Source: Pocillopora damicornis (Eukaryota). From it: a DNA stretch of 64,000 nucleotides. Position 1 is the first letter of the stretch, and every line of letters starts with the position of its first letter. The position numbers were made by a program, and so were the translations under genes. Below the pieces are notes generated by a model that was not told where the DNA came from, did no database searches, and saw only the letters and a program-made list of their open reading frames with translations. The DNA lies in contig NW_020847100.1 of the NCBI RefSeq assembly GCF_003704095.1, positions 682,001-746,000 on the forward strand, given 5' to 3'. Below, in pieces: positions 26,816-40,200 of this stretch.

Positions 26816-27434
26816 NNNNNNNNNNNNNNNNNNNNNNNNNNNNNNNNNNNNNNNNNNNNNNNNNNNNNNNNNNNNNNNNNNNNNNNNNNNNNNNNNNNNN
26901 NNNNNNNNNNNNNNNGTAGAGCGCTCTATACAAAGCTTTATTGTAAATTGCGAAAGTGGAGGGACACCTCCCTTCCTTCTTTTTCTCCAAAACTCGGATA
27001 CAAATTCACGTTGGTGACTCTTGCATAAGTTTCAAAGCGAAAGTTTAAATCAGCACGAAATTGTGTGCGAGAGCGACAGCCTTATCGAAACCCCAACTTA
27101 GTCGTTCCTATGTACTTTATTGTTAGATTGAAAAGGGTGCTGTTTCACTGCACAAACAATTATATTCCAGTTGACGGATAAATTCGGTTTTTTTTTTAAT
27201 GAAATAGGCTAAGCAATACAACAAAGCAATTGTAATACTAACGTTGGAAGGGGATAAAACCTTTAGAGATCCTACCCGTACTCAGTTCTATTGACTTTTT
27301 AGTAGCAAATTTACTCTGAGAATGAAATCAAGGCATCCTTTTTCTACCTGGTTGCCTGGTCTAGTGAAAAGGAAGTATATGTGCTAAAAATGGGTTATTT
27401 TCAGGCAGGCTTCCTTCCATCAACGTGCTTTTGA

Positions 27435-30400
27435 TTACTGGATGAAAATGTATCCCATGGCTTTGATATTTTTGTCACCGTTATCGGGTGTCCAATAAGC
27501 TAAGTTTCCACACGTGTGGGAATCTTTCATCCCGCCCGCTCCACCAAACCCAATTCTTGAATCATGAGAGCCGCAGCCTGCATTGCAACACTCATTACAA
27601 ACGATACCAATTCTTGTTTTTGCATTACCACCGTCAGAATTAAAGCCCTCTATGTCACAGCAAAACTGCAAGGAAGCTTGGGAGCCAATCAGCGCCTTCC
27701 AGGTGTCACGGGCCAATGAGGTGTTGCGGTAGTTTCCATCAGCAATCAGTGAGTACAAAGATTCAGCCTCTCTATTAATGACAATAAAGTTGAGCTGGTG
27801 GTCAACCTTCATACCAAGACAGATCTTGGAGAAAGGTGTATTCCAGTATGTCGGTAACTTGGTCTCTTGCGAGTCAAACCCAGTTTTTCCTCCTGGTAAG
27901 TTGAAGGAATTTTTGTCGCTCCAATAGTTGGAATCATAATGGAAAGTTCTCTGGAATGATAACCACAATGTTACTTAAACCGAGTCCTTTCCTATAAAAA
28001 CATTCTAAATTTGATGAGACTTTATGACAGTCCACGTATCTATGTTTTGAGTTCAACATTTTTTATATCAAATTAAATGACCCCAGTTTTCTCAATTATC
28101 ATGAAGAGGAATTTGACCTATTAATTTCGCACCTTTCCTCTGTAAAATGGAAGTGTTTGCTGCTTTTTTCGTTGCATGTCACAAAGTCAAGCGTAACCTA
28201 GACAGAAGATTTTTTTCAAACTTTCAGATAAAAAACCTTTATATGACCTACAGATGTTTCAACAAAAATCCCTTGGACTTTAAGCCAACAAGTTTCTTTA
28301 CTTAAAATATTCGCGAAAAATATGGTTTTAGCAGTTTCTGCCTCGTGGTTGTTACCTCTGGGTTTGAGATTGTTAAGTCAGGCAAACTGGAAAGGCATTG
28401 ACAAAATTTTATATCAGACAGAGTACATCTCCCATATAACTTCCCTTCGACAAGGACTCCTTGAAACGCACATGTACGCCATTTAGAAAAGGTTTTGAAC
28501 AATTTACAGTACCTTGGTGCCATCTATTTTCATAACCAGCGTCCATCCACCACCCCTGCATGCTCCAAGACTGCTCATGTGACAATACACTGGAAGTGAC
28601 GCTGGTCCCAATTTCAAGGAATAGGCTCGGTTACCTTCGGACCTGAACAACAAGAGCAGCATATTAGATATTGTGGTGGGTTGGATCAAATTGGGAGAAC
28701 TTGTCAAGAGAAACTTCTTTCTGCAAAAGCGACTAACGTTGTTCACACCAGGATCGTAAAGACCCAATTTGGTCATTGACAGGAGTTTCAGAGGGGGCTG
28801 TATTTGCAGGTTGTCAGTATGATAGTTCATTAGGTATGCTAAATTTAAATGAGTTTAGTTGAAGCTACTTCCTTGATACTACTTAAGGGGGACCATCCAT
28901 TAACATCAAATATTCGTCAAAGATGTAGCGCGTCAGATCAATATTGGCTGCACCATTCCAAAAGTCCTCTTGATAAGGCATGTCTTTCATTCGTTCAAGG
29001 GTCAAGGAAGGGTCAAGGGTCAAGAAAAGAGAAGATGAGCTCAAGAGACTGGAATAAGCACAACTCGTATTTCAAAAATGGTCTCTTGAAATTATTTCTT
29101 AGCTCACTATACAGTAAATATTGGGTCAAGAGATATAGATTATTGTGGCATTTAATAGTTTCTCCACACAAAGATATTCAAGAAATGTTTGAGTTGCTAA
29201 AAGAAGTATTCTTGCAAGAATATCTAGAAAATCTAGATCGGTAATAGATGTAACTTGAGCTCCGCGATTAGCTTTGGGATAGGTTCTTTTGAAAACTCAG
29301 TCTCTCGGCTAGATTTATCTGTTGATTTAAACCAGTTCACTAAAGGAGTGCGACTTACGAGTCTAGCAGATCACTGCAGCTAGTTCCTGAGGAAAAGAGA
29401 AAAACTTGTTTAGAATATTCTATGCTACATTGGCTTACACAAATAAGAATTTTTTTAAGCAGGTACGATTCCGATAAGAATTGAAAACTTTTCCTAAGAA
29501 TTCTTCAAGCAGTTCAAGTATCTCATCCGCATTTTGCTATCTTGCCCAGGGATTGCCCAAGATATGCTTGTGTGAAGCATTTCTAGACAGACCACAAAGA
29601 TCCATTTGATAATTTCACGAAACTAAAAAAAAAAGCACCTAAATTGACGTCTGGGATGTAAGCCATTACCGATGTCTATGTTGACAAATATCCAGAAAGC
29701 ATAAGTAGATTGTAACTTAAAATTGACCAACTGATTATTCCCTCGTACCCATTCGGCAATCCAATCAGATTTCAGAATTTCCCGTTGGTAAAGCAAGTGG
29801 TTTAGTATTCATGTTCATGTTTACGGGTATATTTACCTATTTTACACTTCTTCCCAGTATAACCAAACTGGCACAGACATAGGTATCCTTTTTCCGTATA
29901 TCCGTTTAAGCAAGTCGTATTGTGAAGACAAGGGTTACTTGAGCATAAGTTCTGTTGGGTAAGCGTAGAGGCTACTAATATACCGTTAAAATTATAAAAT
30001 AAACTGAAATATGCTAAACAACCAGCTCAGTGTGAAGTTTGAAAGGGGTTGGTCTTATGGTAGTTGAAAAAAGGTAACCATGCGAGACTAGAAACAAATA
30101 CAGGAAGAAAACAAGCTAACCACAAAATTGGTATAAGATCACAGTTCCCAGTTCTTAAACAAATTTTTGTGGAAGTGCTGGCTGGTGAAAATCAATAAAT
30201 GATCCAAGAAATTCTTTTTTTTTAAGTGGAAGTGCAGCGGGAACTGCTCAAATATGGATTGAAGTATCTCACCTCACTGCTCTGATACATGAACCCTTCT
30301 CGAGTTACAAGATCATCAGGATGCTGGACGTGATCAGAATCACTCAGCTGACACGAAACTTGGTCTTTTATCGGAGGACCAATGTTATAAGACACACAGT

Positions 30401-30529
30401 TGTCTTCCAGAGTGCATTGCCCTCTACAAGAACTACGCAGTCCCAAGGTTAAAGTTAGGTTCTTAATCACATGACCAACAAGGGCCTTGTTATGAAATGG
30501 TGAGGCAAACCTTAGTCTTCGGCATTGAC
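27435..30529 (-). CDS. PAN-EGF-USOMP5-like protein (exons 30529-30273, 29951-29837, 29386-29359, 28642-28513, 27950-27435; first exon not located)
   Basis: Five exons join in frame: PAN-like [55 protein letters not shown], micro-exon [20 protein letters not shown] exon, and an open terminal exon. Confidence 0.88.
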
Positions 30530-31685
30530 CTGGGAAAACAAAGGTAAAAAGTAATCTTCACCTTCCCTCAGGTTAAACAGCCGTTGCTTTGTTTGTCTTC
30601 AGGTGATTCTCGCCAATTTTAAAATTGACACTATCAGCTATTTACGAGGCGAGCTCATTCGCTTTTTCGCGTATCCCAGGTTACTTGCTAATTTTCACAC
30701 TTAATCCATATCCCCTTGCTGAAAAATCAGGTCAGTTTTTGTAATATCTTGGATTTTAACCTTGCCAGGAATCTCTTAACTAATAAATTTCAGGCCTAGT
30801 TGCTTTTCTTTTATATTCACTGAACGGGCCACGCTCAACCACAATACATTGCGGGCGAGTTGTTCATTCTCATTATTTTCTGTATTACTGAAACGAATAG
30901 AAGCCTACTGTAATTGTTGTTTAATTCAACTCAGTCTTTGCAACATTGATACAGACGCGGCTTCTTAGAAGTTAATTTAGCTTATTCAAGTGTCTAGCGC
31001 CTCTGTTTCCCGCTTTTTTTTTCGCCTTCATTGCACGTTCGCGATGATGAAGCCATCAAAAAGTGATCGTCCTTCTCAGGGGGAAAGACGCTATTTATTC
31101 TTTAGACGTATTTCAAAATTCTGTACGTTTCTATCAAAGTGGAGAGTGACAAACTTGTTATTAGGAGGGGTAATAGGGCGTAGCGCTTCTCCTTACGCCT
31201 GGTGAATGAAACTAATGAAAATTCAAGTATTGGAATATACCTGTCTCTTTGTAATTCGTATGCACATCAAAAGTCGACTCCCTGCTAAACCTCTCGCTAC
31301 CGTACACTTCTGTGTCCAAAGAATATGAATTCAGAATTTTGTATTCAGGCGTGGATTTTATTGTATTGTAATGCAGTTTGCGCGTCTTAAAAATTCTTCT
31401 ATTTTGTTTTTGGTTTGTGCTCTACAGACAAAAACGTTGTCATAATGCCAATAATCGTCCAAACTAGCGGTTTAGTTGTGCTCAAGTTGAAAATTCATTT
31501 TTTCCTTTTTTTTTGGCATGAAAATAGTGGCAAAAGCTACGACCTTTGCCACTCCATGGATTTGCGAGAAATAGTATTGTGTTACCAAATAATAACAAGA
31601 ACAAAGGCGCGCAATGCGCTCTGGTTGAACGTGGCTCTTCAACTGTGAGTCCAAGAGGCTTTATTTCCATGCGCATAAGATAATG

Positions 31686-32043
31686 AAAATCATTCCCGCC
31701 AAATAAAATAGCTCCAAACTCACCCGGATACTGGCCGTTCAGCATGGCACCTGAGGTATCGATTCTCGTTCAAGAATAGTTCGATCCTCGCAAACAAATG
31801 GTCTCAACATTCAAAACTAATCTCAGGATATAAACATATCGAAGAACTAACATAATGTGGAGTTTTGCAAATTATGTACTTAGGCTTGGGTCACTTAGAG
31901 CTTGTTTTGTCTGTTTCAGCAAAGAAAAAATAAAAAAAACCAAGTAGCGTAAAATAAATGCGACCTCCAATTTTAAAAACTTGTCAAATATTTGCGGATC
32001 GCCAAGATTTCGCCAGTATTCATAAGAGCTGATGTCCTGCCAC
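31686..32043. repeat. Interspersed repeat; inverted copy at ~42099-42454
   Basis: About 360 bp of high reverse-complement identity (AAAATCATTCCCGCCAAAT...GATGTCCTGCCAC). Confidence 0.8.
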
Positions 32044-32143
32044 NNNNNNNNNNNNNNNNNNNNNNNNNNNNNNNNNNNNNNNNNNNNNNNNNNNNNNNNN
32101 NNNNNNNNNNNNNNNNNNNNNNNNNNNNNNNNNNNNNNNNNNN

Positions 32144-33199
32144 GAGTCAAGCAGATCGCTGCAGCTAGTTCCTAGGGAAAAGATGAGATTGATAAAAAAT
32201 TGTTGAGAATAAACCACGCCATGTATAGTTCCTCACATAAAAATTTTTAGGGGAACTTGGACTTCTTAAAAATCATTCCAGCAACTTGGTAACGCAATTG
32301 GCATATTTGCATCTTGTTCAGAAATCTAGTTCTGAATGGAGTAGTTTGATAAAATATCTGGGAATTAAAAAAAAATACTGTTTTAGAGACCAGTTGTCAT
32401 GCTTCACATCATCAAAATGGTCCCTTTTCATTTTTGAACAGATTTATCAGAATTGACACAATTCCAACAAGTGCAAGTTAACTGTGACTGGAAGTTGATC
32501 AAATTATGAGCAATTCCTGCATATTTGGGAATTCAAATCAGAATTTAGAGCTCCACTTAAGTGTGGTCACCCGTAGAGCTAAGAATTTAGTATTCATCTT
32601 CATTTTTATAGGTATACTTACCTATTTTGCATTTCTTCCCAGTATAACCAAACTGACATACACAGAGGTAACCCTTTTCCATAAATCCATTTAAGCAGGT
32701 CATATTCTGAGGACATGGGTTATTTAAGCATGAGTTCTGTCGATAAATCACAGACACAATTCAGAAATTATTAAAACTCTAAGAAGAAGTGATATATCCT
32801 AACTTAAAGCTTCAGTTTGAAGTTCAAAGGGGTTAGTCTGAAAGCCGATGAAAAGATTACAAATTTTCATGAAAGGATAGATAAACAAGAAGTATCAGGA
32901 AAACCCAAATATTAAGATAGAATCGTATGCAGTCGAAATATCTCACCTCACTGTTTTGATACACGAACCCTTCTAGAGTTTCAAGATCTTTAGGATGCTG
33001 GATGTGATCAGAATCACTCAGCTGACACAAAACTTGGTCTTTTATTGGAGGACCTACGTTGTATGACACACAGTTATCGTCCAAAGTGCATCGCCCTCTA
33101 CAGGAACCTCGCATTCCAAATCCTAATGTTATGTGATTACATGGTTAACAAGTGCTTTGTTATGAAAAGGTGAGCCAAACGAGAACCGCCGGCAATGAT
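32144..33199 (-). pseudogene. PAN-EGF paralog of the 27435-30529 gene with a frameshift (exons 33199-32947, 32736-32622, 32171-32144; rest in gap)
   Basis: PAN exon is 253 nt versus 257 nt in the paralog; the 4-nt loss near 33135 gives an in-frame TAA. EGF exon and micro-exon are intact. Confidence 0.75.
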
Positions 33200-35077
33200 C
33201 TAGGAAGGCAAAAATACAAAAATCAGCATTTTCTTTTTTCACAAAGGTTACGCACTGAAAGAAAAGTAATAAAAGAATTAAGTTCGTTTCTCAAAAATAA
33301 GAGAACGATTACGTAACGTCAATGAATATAAAGCAATCGTTATAAGCAGTGTCTACTAGTAGCGAAAACTATACCATGCAGGTGCATTTTAGTGTCACTA
33401 CAAAGCACATTTGTCTCAATTATTATGATAGACCCCAAGTGTTTTTCCAGTCTGGGGCTAGAACCCACGCACGGAAGTCCTACGGGCCTTTACAACATGA
33501 GCCAACCAAAACGAACATTAATGACAATGGCAATCGTTAGTGACAATGTCTGCCAGTATCAGCAATAACAGTTTGCAGGTGTAATAAGGTTTAAGCGACG
33601 AATGACTATAAGTGATGACTTTCTTTGGAACAAACAGTTGATGTACAAATGCTTCTCTGATTAATTTGTTCGATGAAATTCAAAAACTTTTTCTCGAAAT
33701 TTACACGAGAATGCTAGAAAGAAAAGAAAAAAACCAAATAAGGAAGGAAAAAATGATGGCCGTTGGTTTGTTACTAAGTGTAAAGGTGTTCTGTCTTAAT
33801 GAAATTACCATTCGCATCACAACAGAAACTAAATCTTGCTCGACAGATCCCAATTGTCTTTATCGCAAGACATTACGCAATAGAACAGAACTTTGCTAGG
33901 ATCTATATCTGAGAAAGTGTAAACTTTCGAATCTGTCGCTTTTCGCAATCTTTCCCATGGTGTTTTCTTTTCGGTTGAACTCTTTTTCAGGCGCGCGTTT
34001 AAAAAACCCCATGGACACTCCTTAAAAAAAACTTATGGGGTCACTTCAGATATCAAATGTTTTAATTCTCCTTCTTGGCAGAAAAAAAAACAAAAAAAAC
34101 AAAAAAAACAAAAAAAAAATTAACTGGCTGTGGGTAACTATGAAATAATCAACGATAGACACATTCGGCATTCTAAAATTTCACATTAGGGCATGGGAAA
34201 AGACACAAGTGTCAAGAAAGTCATATTTATCTTTCAGTTCAACTAATTAGAAATCATGTCAAGCAAGGAACAGCTGAGAAAAGTTTGAATAACATTCATA
34301 ATAATGTCCTGTTTATTCAAAAGTTCAACAATATTCATGAATAAAAGTACTCATCACCAAAGGCTCTATAAGGATAGTTAAAGTTATAACTGAAACAAAC
34401 AGAAGAACTTGTTTACTGGAATTGTTAATGTAAATTCACTTTAACATAAACAGTAAGCGCCGAGTGACTTTGGTCACGAATTTTTTGTTTAAGTTAGGTA
34501 CTGTTGAAAGAAATTAAATCTAAGAAATAATGCTAGAAATAATGTTAATAATAGTAAGACATAACATCAAATATTAGGGATTCATGTAGAATTAAGAGGA
34601 TGACTCAAAAGATTGGGGATGATTATTATACAGTTTTGGAGTCGTGTTAAAGATGTGTGAAGCTGGACTCTAGAAGATTGAATTTTTTCCCCTTCTTTCC
34701 GATGAAATCTTAGCGAGAGCGCAAACACCCTTATTAGAATGTTATTTTTTTCGGTATCTTTAGCATACATGTAACCTAAGCATACATCAAAAGAGCTCTT
34801 CGATCAAAGTCTTCCCTTTGCGTGTTTCGTAAAATTACATGAAGGTTGTGTGTGTTGGAGCAAGCTACTACTTTTGAAGAGAAGAGTTATTCATCTTGCT
34901 ACTAGCATGGACCAATAAGATACTGTAGTCCTTTACTACTATTCCTCCTATTCCGAGTTGCGTTAGTCCACCATCTTGATCCGGAAAACTCGTCGGCGGA
35001 CTGAGTCTTTTTTCTCATTCTATTCTATTGAATTTGATGCGAAAACCAATTTGCTAGAGAGATTTTTTAATCAGTTG

Positions 35078-35697
35078 TTAATTGTTCTGAATAGAATAAC
35101 CCAGCAAAGAGGAAAGTGCTTTTGAGATTTTCTCCTTCACTGCTTTTCTTACTTCAGCAATCTTCCAGCAATAAAGAAACGGGTTAAGCGATGAGTTTAA
35201 GTAAACTAAAGTTACTGTACTTTCCAAGACTACAAACTCCAACGAGGACAGTTCATTTTGAGATTGAAAAAGTCCTGTCGCTATGCTATATGGTAGATAG
35301 CAAACGATCAGTGCCAACTGCACCCACAGTGCACTGTTTACAGCCTTTCTGTATCGAATCATATTCAGTGGAACTGGTTTGCCCGGCTGTGGTGGAAAAA
35401 AAACTTGCCCTCGTACATGATTTTGTCGGAGAGCACAGAAAATTTTTATGTACGATAACGTTGCTGTTATGATACAAAGCGATACAACACCATAGCTACA
35501 CCAGCCGGCCACGCGGTAATTTAAAACGTGCGATATCCCAGCGGTTATCGAAAAAGCCCAAATGATGACAACAATTACGCAAGTTCGTTTCAGAGTTACA
35601 GCGTGCCCGAATCTCTGCCCCAGCAACAAGGCGAGAAGTCTGTCCACACTTATTGCGGTCATCGTTAAGAGAGAAACTAAAGAAAGAATATAGTAGC
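35078..35697 (-). CDS. Class A GPCR (cnidarian melanocortin/adenosine-receptor-like group), 5' end lost in gap
   Basis: TM3 MTAISVDRLLAL, TM6 CYLPY, TM7 NSSLNPFLYCWK; open frame. Confidence 0.85.
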
Positions 35698-35977
35698 NNN
35701 NNNNNNNNNNNNNNNNNNNNNNNNNNNNNNNNNNNNNNNNNNNNNNNNNNNNNNNNNNNNNNNNNNNNNNNNNNNNNNNNNNNNNNNNNNNNNNNNNCTA
35801 TTTGAGGAATACTGATTTTATTTCCCCGTCTTTTTCTTGTTTTAAGTTCTACAAAAGTCGAAGGATGTTAGTTAGTTGATAAAAGACTTACCAACTTGGA
35901 TATGTTGTGAGCCGTATTCTGAGTTGAAGTGATATTAACTACCGTTCATTTGTTTTTCCTGGATTCTATGGCCCTAG

Positions 35978-36493
35978 GACACTTTTTCCTATGATTCCGT
36001 TCTGTGGACCAATAAGGATACTTTTAACCTTCCCGGAGGAAAAACTGGGCTCGACACACAAGAAACTAAGCTACCAACTTACTGGGAGAAACCTTTCTCT
36101 AAGATCTGCCTTGGTATGAGGATCGGAAGTCACACCAATTTCATAGTCATTCACATGGAGGCACCTTCCCTTTATTCACTTATCGCTGACGGGCAGTATC
36201 GTGCCATCTCGCTTGGTCGTGATAAATGGAAGTCGTTGATTGGTGCAGACGCATCCCTGCAGCTTAACTGCAACAAAGAGGGTTTCAATTCACAGGGCTA
36301 TCCCAGAAACTCGAAAGCAAGGATTGGTATTATTGGTAACGAGCAATCTAACTGTGGAAGCACTGATTCCAGAATCGGTTTTGGTACAGGAGGCAACCCT
36401 GGCAAATCAATCACGTGTGGCAATGTGGCTAGTTATGGACCAGATAATGGAAACAGATATATTAAGGCAATGGGATATATCATGGTACAGTGA
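35978..36493 (+). CDS. USOMP5-like terminal exon (upstream exons in or across the gap)
   Basis: Acceptor CCTAG at 35977; 516-nt open exon [13 protein letters not shown]...KAMGYIMVQ*. Confidence 0.85.
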   Translation, partial: DTFSYDSVLWTNKDTFNLPGGKTGLDTQETKLPTYWEKPFSKICLGMRIGSHTNFIVIHMEAPSLYSLIADGQYRAISLGRDKWKSLIGADASLQLNCNKEGFNSQGYPRNSKARIGIIGNEQSNCGSTDSRIGFGTGGNPGKSITCGNVASYGPDNGNRYIKAMGYIMVQ

Positions 36494-36989
36494 CAAGGAA
36501 ACTGGTACAATAAATACTTTAAAAATTTCTTATTTCTCAGTACAGCTACAAATCGTCTATTGAAGACCACTTTTGTGGCAAAATTGTTTCAACACAAAGT
36601 AATCACCAATGAAAAGCAAAGGTGAGAGGGAGAACTGCATAAATACATTCCCCACATAACTTAAAATGGAAAAAAATGATAACAAGTTGGAATGGTATGA
36701 TCATCCATCTCAAGAGCTCGTTATTTCCCCCATATTTCAAAGGTTGCGTAAGTGTACAAACCATGTTGGATTGTTTGAACAGCGGCAGTTACTCATAAAG
36801 AAATAGCTCACTCGTTTGCACCCCATTCCTGTTAATTTCAATGAGTTGTCCACACGTTTTTCCTCAAGTAAAACAATATAGACCACCATGCATTTTTAAT
36901 TGGATATTTGATGTTTACGGTAAATGCCAATAACACGAGCAAATTATGATTTTTCCCAAAATCGTAAAACCAACCAACCCTGTAAAAAG

Positions 36990-37215
36990 TAATAAAAATG
37001 ATGATGATAATAGCGATAATAATAATGATAGTAATAATCATGATGATAATACTAATAACATCAATAATGATAATACATGTCATTAACATGATAATAGTAA
37101 TGATGATAATGTCAGCAAATAAAAAAAAGACGACTAAAAGTAGCAGGCAATACATTTGAGTTTTACTTTTTTTGTTTGTTTTTGTTGTTGTTGTTGTTAC
37201 TGACGTTATTATCAT
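36990..37215. repeat. Low-complexity ATA/ATG and GTT repeats
   Basis: Degenerate trinucleotide runs; these explain the Ile-rich spurious ORF 36838-37218. Confidence 0.85.
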
Positions 37216-40200
37216 CATTCACGTACAATGCCTGACTGAGGTAAGTGGACAAAATTCTACGATTATCAGGTTTCTTATCATCAACAAAACAACCCTATAA
37301 AAAAACCGATCAATTTAAGAATTACTGGGTCCTTCTCTTGTGATTTTCCCAGTTTTTAAAAAACTGTGTCCTCTTCGACCTGCCATCAAACTCACAACGA
37401 GCGCTATTGACAGACGTGAAATGAATTATCACTGTGCGAGTCAATAAACACATTATCTTCAGGAATTGCATAATCAGCTTTGCCAGCCGCACCGTGAGAC
37501 ACGCTGCTCGCCGCCTGATGTTTAGTGTGTCATTTTAACGTATGCGTGTTTCAACCTTAGTACACTGTTTTTCCATTGTGGGTCACATGGCAAATGTTTC
37601 TTTAAGTTTAGCACTGATTGCGTGGATTTCCAAAAAAACAATTGTCTGTTCTACCGAAAAAGAGTTCTTGACCGAACCTTCACCTGAGAATACTTGCTAT
37701 ACCATTGGCGTTTTTCTCCGCAGGTGTAATGATTTTCAAAACAAAGGTAATAATAGACAAATATTTGAATGAAAGCTTTTGTGACTTCTTGGTTACCACA
37801 TATTGAGCAAAGCAAACAAATGATGATTGCCTTAGAGGAAAGGTACATTTTCCATTTTTTAAATTTTTTTTATTTTTTAGTGCCTTAGCTAACTTTTAGT
37901 TTTCTGCGATTTTAAATTCGTCTCTCCGATTTATTCATCAGTGCGTGTTACACTTTGGTAATAGCCAAATGGCGCCTTTAGTATAATTACCAACAGTAGG
38001 CATCCAGAGTTGTCGTGTCTTTAAATGAATTTCTGTCGCTTCTTAAGAAAACGAGGCCTCGGTTGTTAAATAGATAGCAAGCAGAACGCAAAGCAAATTG
38101 TGGAATAATTGATGAGATACATTCCATCCCAAAGAGCCTTTCTGTCAGTTTATGCTCGCTTCCAATCCCAAGACTATATAATAATAACGAAAATATTCGC
38201 TAAACTTAAAGCTGCACGCAAACACGAGAAGGAAGAGAGAAAAAGGGAGGTGAATAAGCGCTATTCAAACGTATAATGATTTTTTCAGCTCTGTGAGAAG
38301 AGATGCTCTTAATCATAATTGACTTTAAACGGAGACTTGAAATTCTTCTTTCTCATGCGCACAAGTGAGCCATTAAAAGGCCGAATCACCACTAAAGTTT
38401 ACCTTTAAAAGTCCTGTTTCATATTTTTTTCAAAGGCTTTGCATTTGGCATACAAAACTTGAGTATAGAAGAAATGTCTTCCAGGGATATTATCTACAAT
38501 TAATTTTCGAGCAGGATCGTTGTTATCAAAAATTTATGAACCTTTCTGTAGTTGCAAAGAATTAATTATCTTTGCGAAACCAAAATTTAAGCTTTTGTTG
38601 CTGTGATGTTGCACTGAATCGGTAGTTCATAGTCAGGTTTATGGTGGTTTGGTCTGGGACGAATAAATTTTAAGGTTAGTTTAAAAAAACACACACACAT
38701 ATACGCACACTTGCAAATAAAAGTCTACCCTGAGTTGTTATATTGTTTCTTTTTAAATTGCACCATATGCCATAATGTTATGCGGCAACGGTTCATAAAT
38801 AGACATTAAATCGCCGGAAGCGCGTAAACAAGTATAGATCAGAAATTCGCATTGAACCCATTCGCAAAACACATTCATTTAATCGTACTAAATAGATCCT
38901 GATGAAGGAGGAAGATCTGATCTCTTGAACTACCAAAAGGATAGTCCAACAGCCATAGCCTTGTCCATCACAATGGACAAGGACGATGGAGAATGGATAC
39001 ACAGCTTCTTATTTGAAAGTAGGGGCAAGGACGTCCAAAGAGTGTATTCCTTTCTTTAATTTTATTTGGTTAATTTAGTAAGTCTGTTCCATCAGAGATT
39101 CATTTTATCGATCAAAAGGAATACAATTACTTGTGGGGCGAGACAGCACCAAAGCTGGGGTTTTGAGAAGTATGTCTCTCTCACAAGCAAACCCATACTG
39201 ATATGAGCTTCACCCCAAAGCATTTGCAAGAGTTACCAATGTAAAAAAAATAATGGTCTATATTGTGCAAGGGTGGTAGGAATGGGGGCGTCCCTCACCT
39301 TTCGTAACTTTCTGCTTCCCTGTTGATAAAAAAAATAATAATACAAAAATAGAAAGTTTGAGTTTTACCTAATTGTACTCTGAATTTCAACAGCTGAACC
39401 TCACCTACCTCTTTTAATGCACATTATATCAACGACTGTTTCATAGCTCACATTGCTGAAGCAGAGCATGACATCCCCTCTCTTCTTGTACGTCAGATGG
39501 TTTGATGATAAAGCCAACTCATGCTGTGAAAGCTTGGACGCCGTCGTTTATATACCCCCTAAGGAATAACTTAAGAACGCAAAGAATAGCTTATGGCAAT
39601 GAGTTACAATAAGTAATTAGCACTACTGCACTTCAGACAACACCGTTCCTTCTATTATAATTTCCATACTCGACGATTTTTGTATTTATTCATTTTATTT
39701 TTTTGTGGTGTCTAGACAGTGAAACACTACCCAATACGAGTCGCACATCGATGAACTGTACAAAAACTACCTCATCACGTTTAGAATACTTTGAAAACGG
39801 TGATGTGAATCAAAAGCGTCGAAAATAAATTACCAAATGGAACCATTACAATATTTGCAAATTACTGCTTAAAACTAAGTTTCAAGCGATTTTTGTTTTC
39901 TTGACCGATGTTGAAAATTATCGTCAAACGACGAAAAATAAAGCTTGTTTGATAAATAACCAACTAACAGCCAATTGTTACAATTTGACATGCACACATT
40001 TCAAAATTAATCGATATTTTATATTCTACTAGACCGCATAACTCACTTTGTCCCTAATATCTCCAGAAACCACCAAATTCTCGCCAAAAGTGAAACGTCC
40101 ATGATTGACATGCAAGGGTATGATTTTAAACAGCAACTAGAAATAACCGCCAAGCTCTTCTTTATTCAAGCTGATAAAATGGGCAAGATATTTCCTCTCC

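Noticed and set aside
36838-37218. Hydrophobic Ile-rich membrane-protein ORF
   Set aside because: It is the translation of a degenerate trinucleotide repeat.
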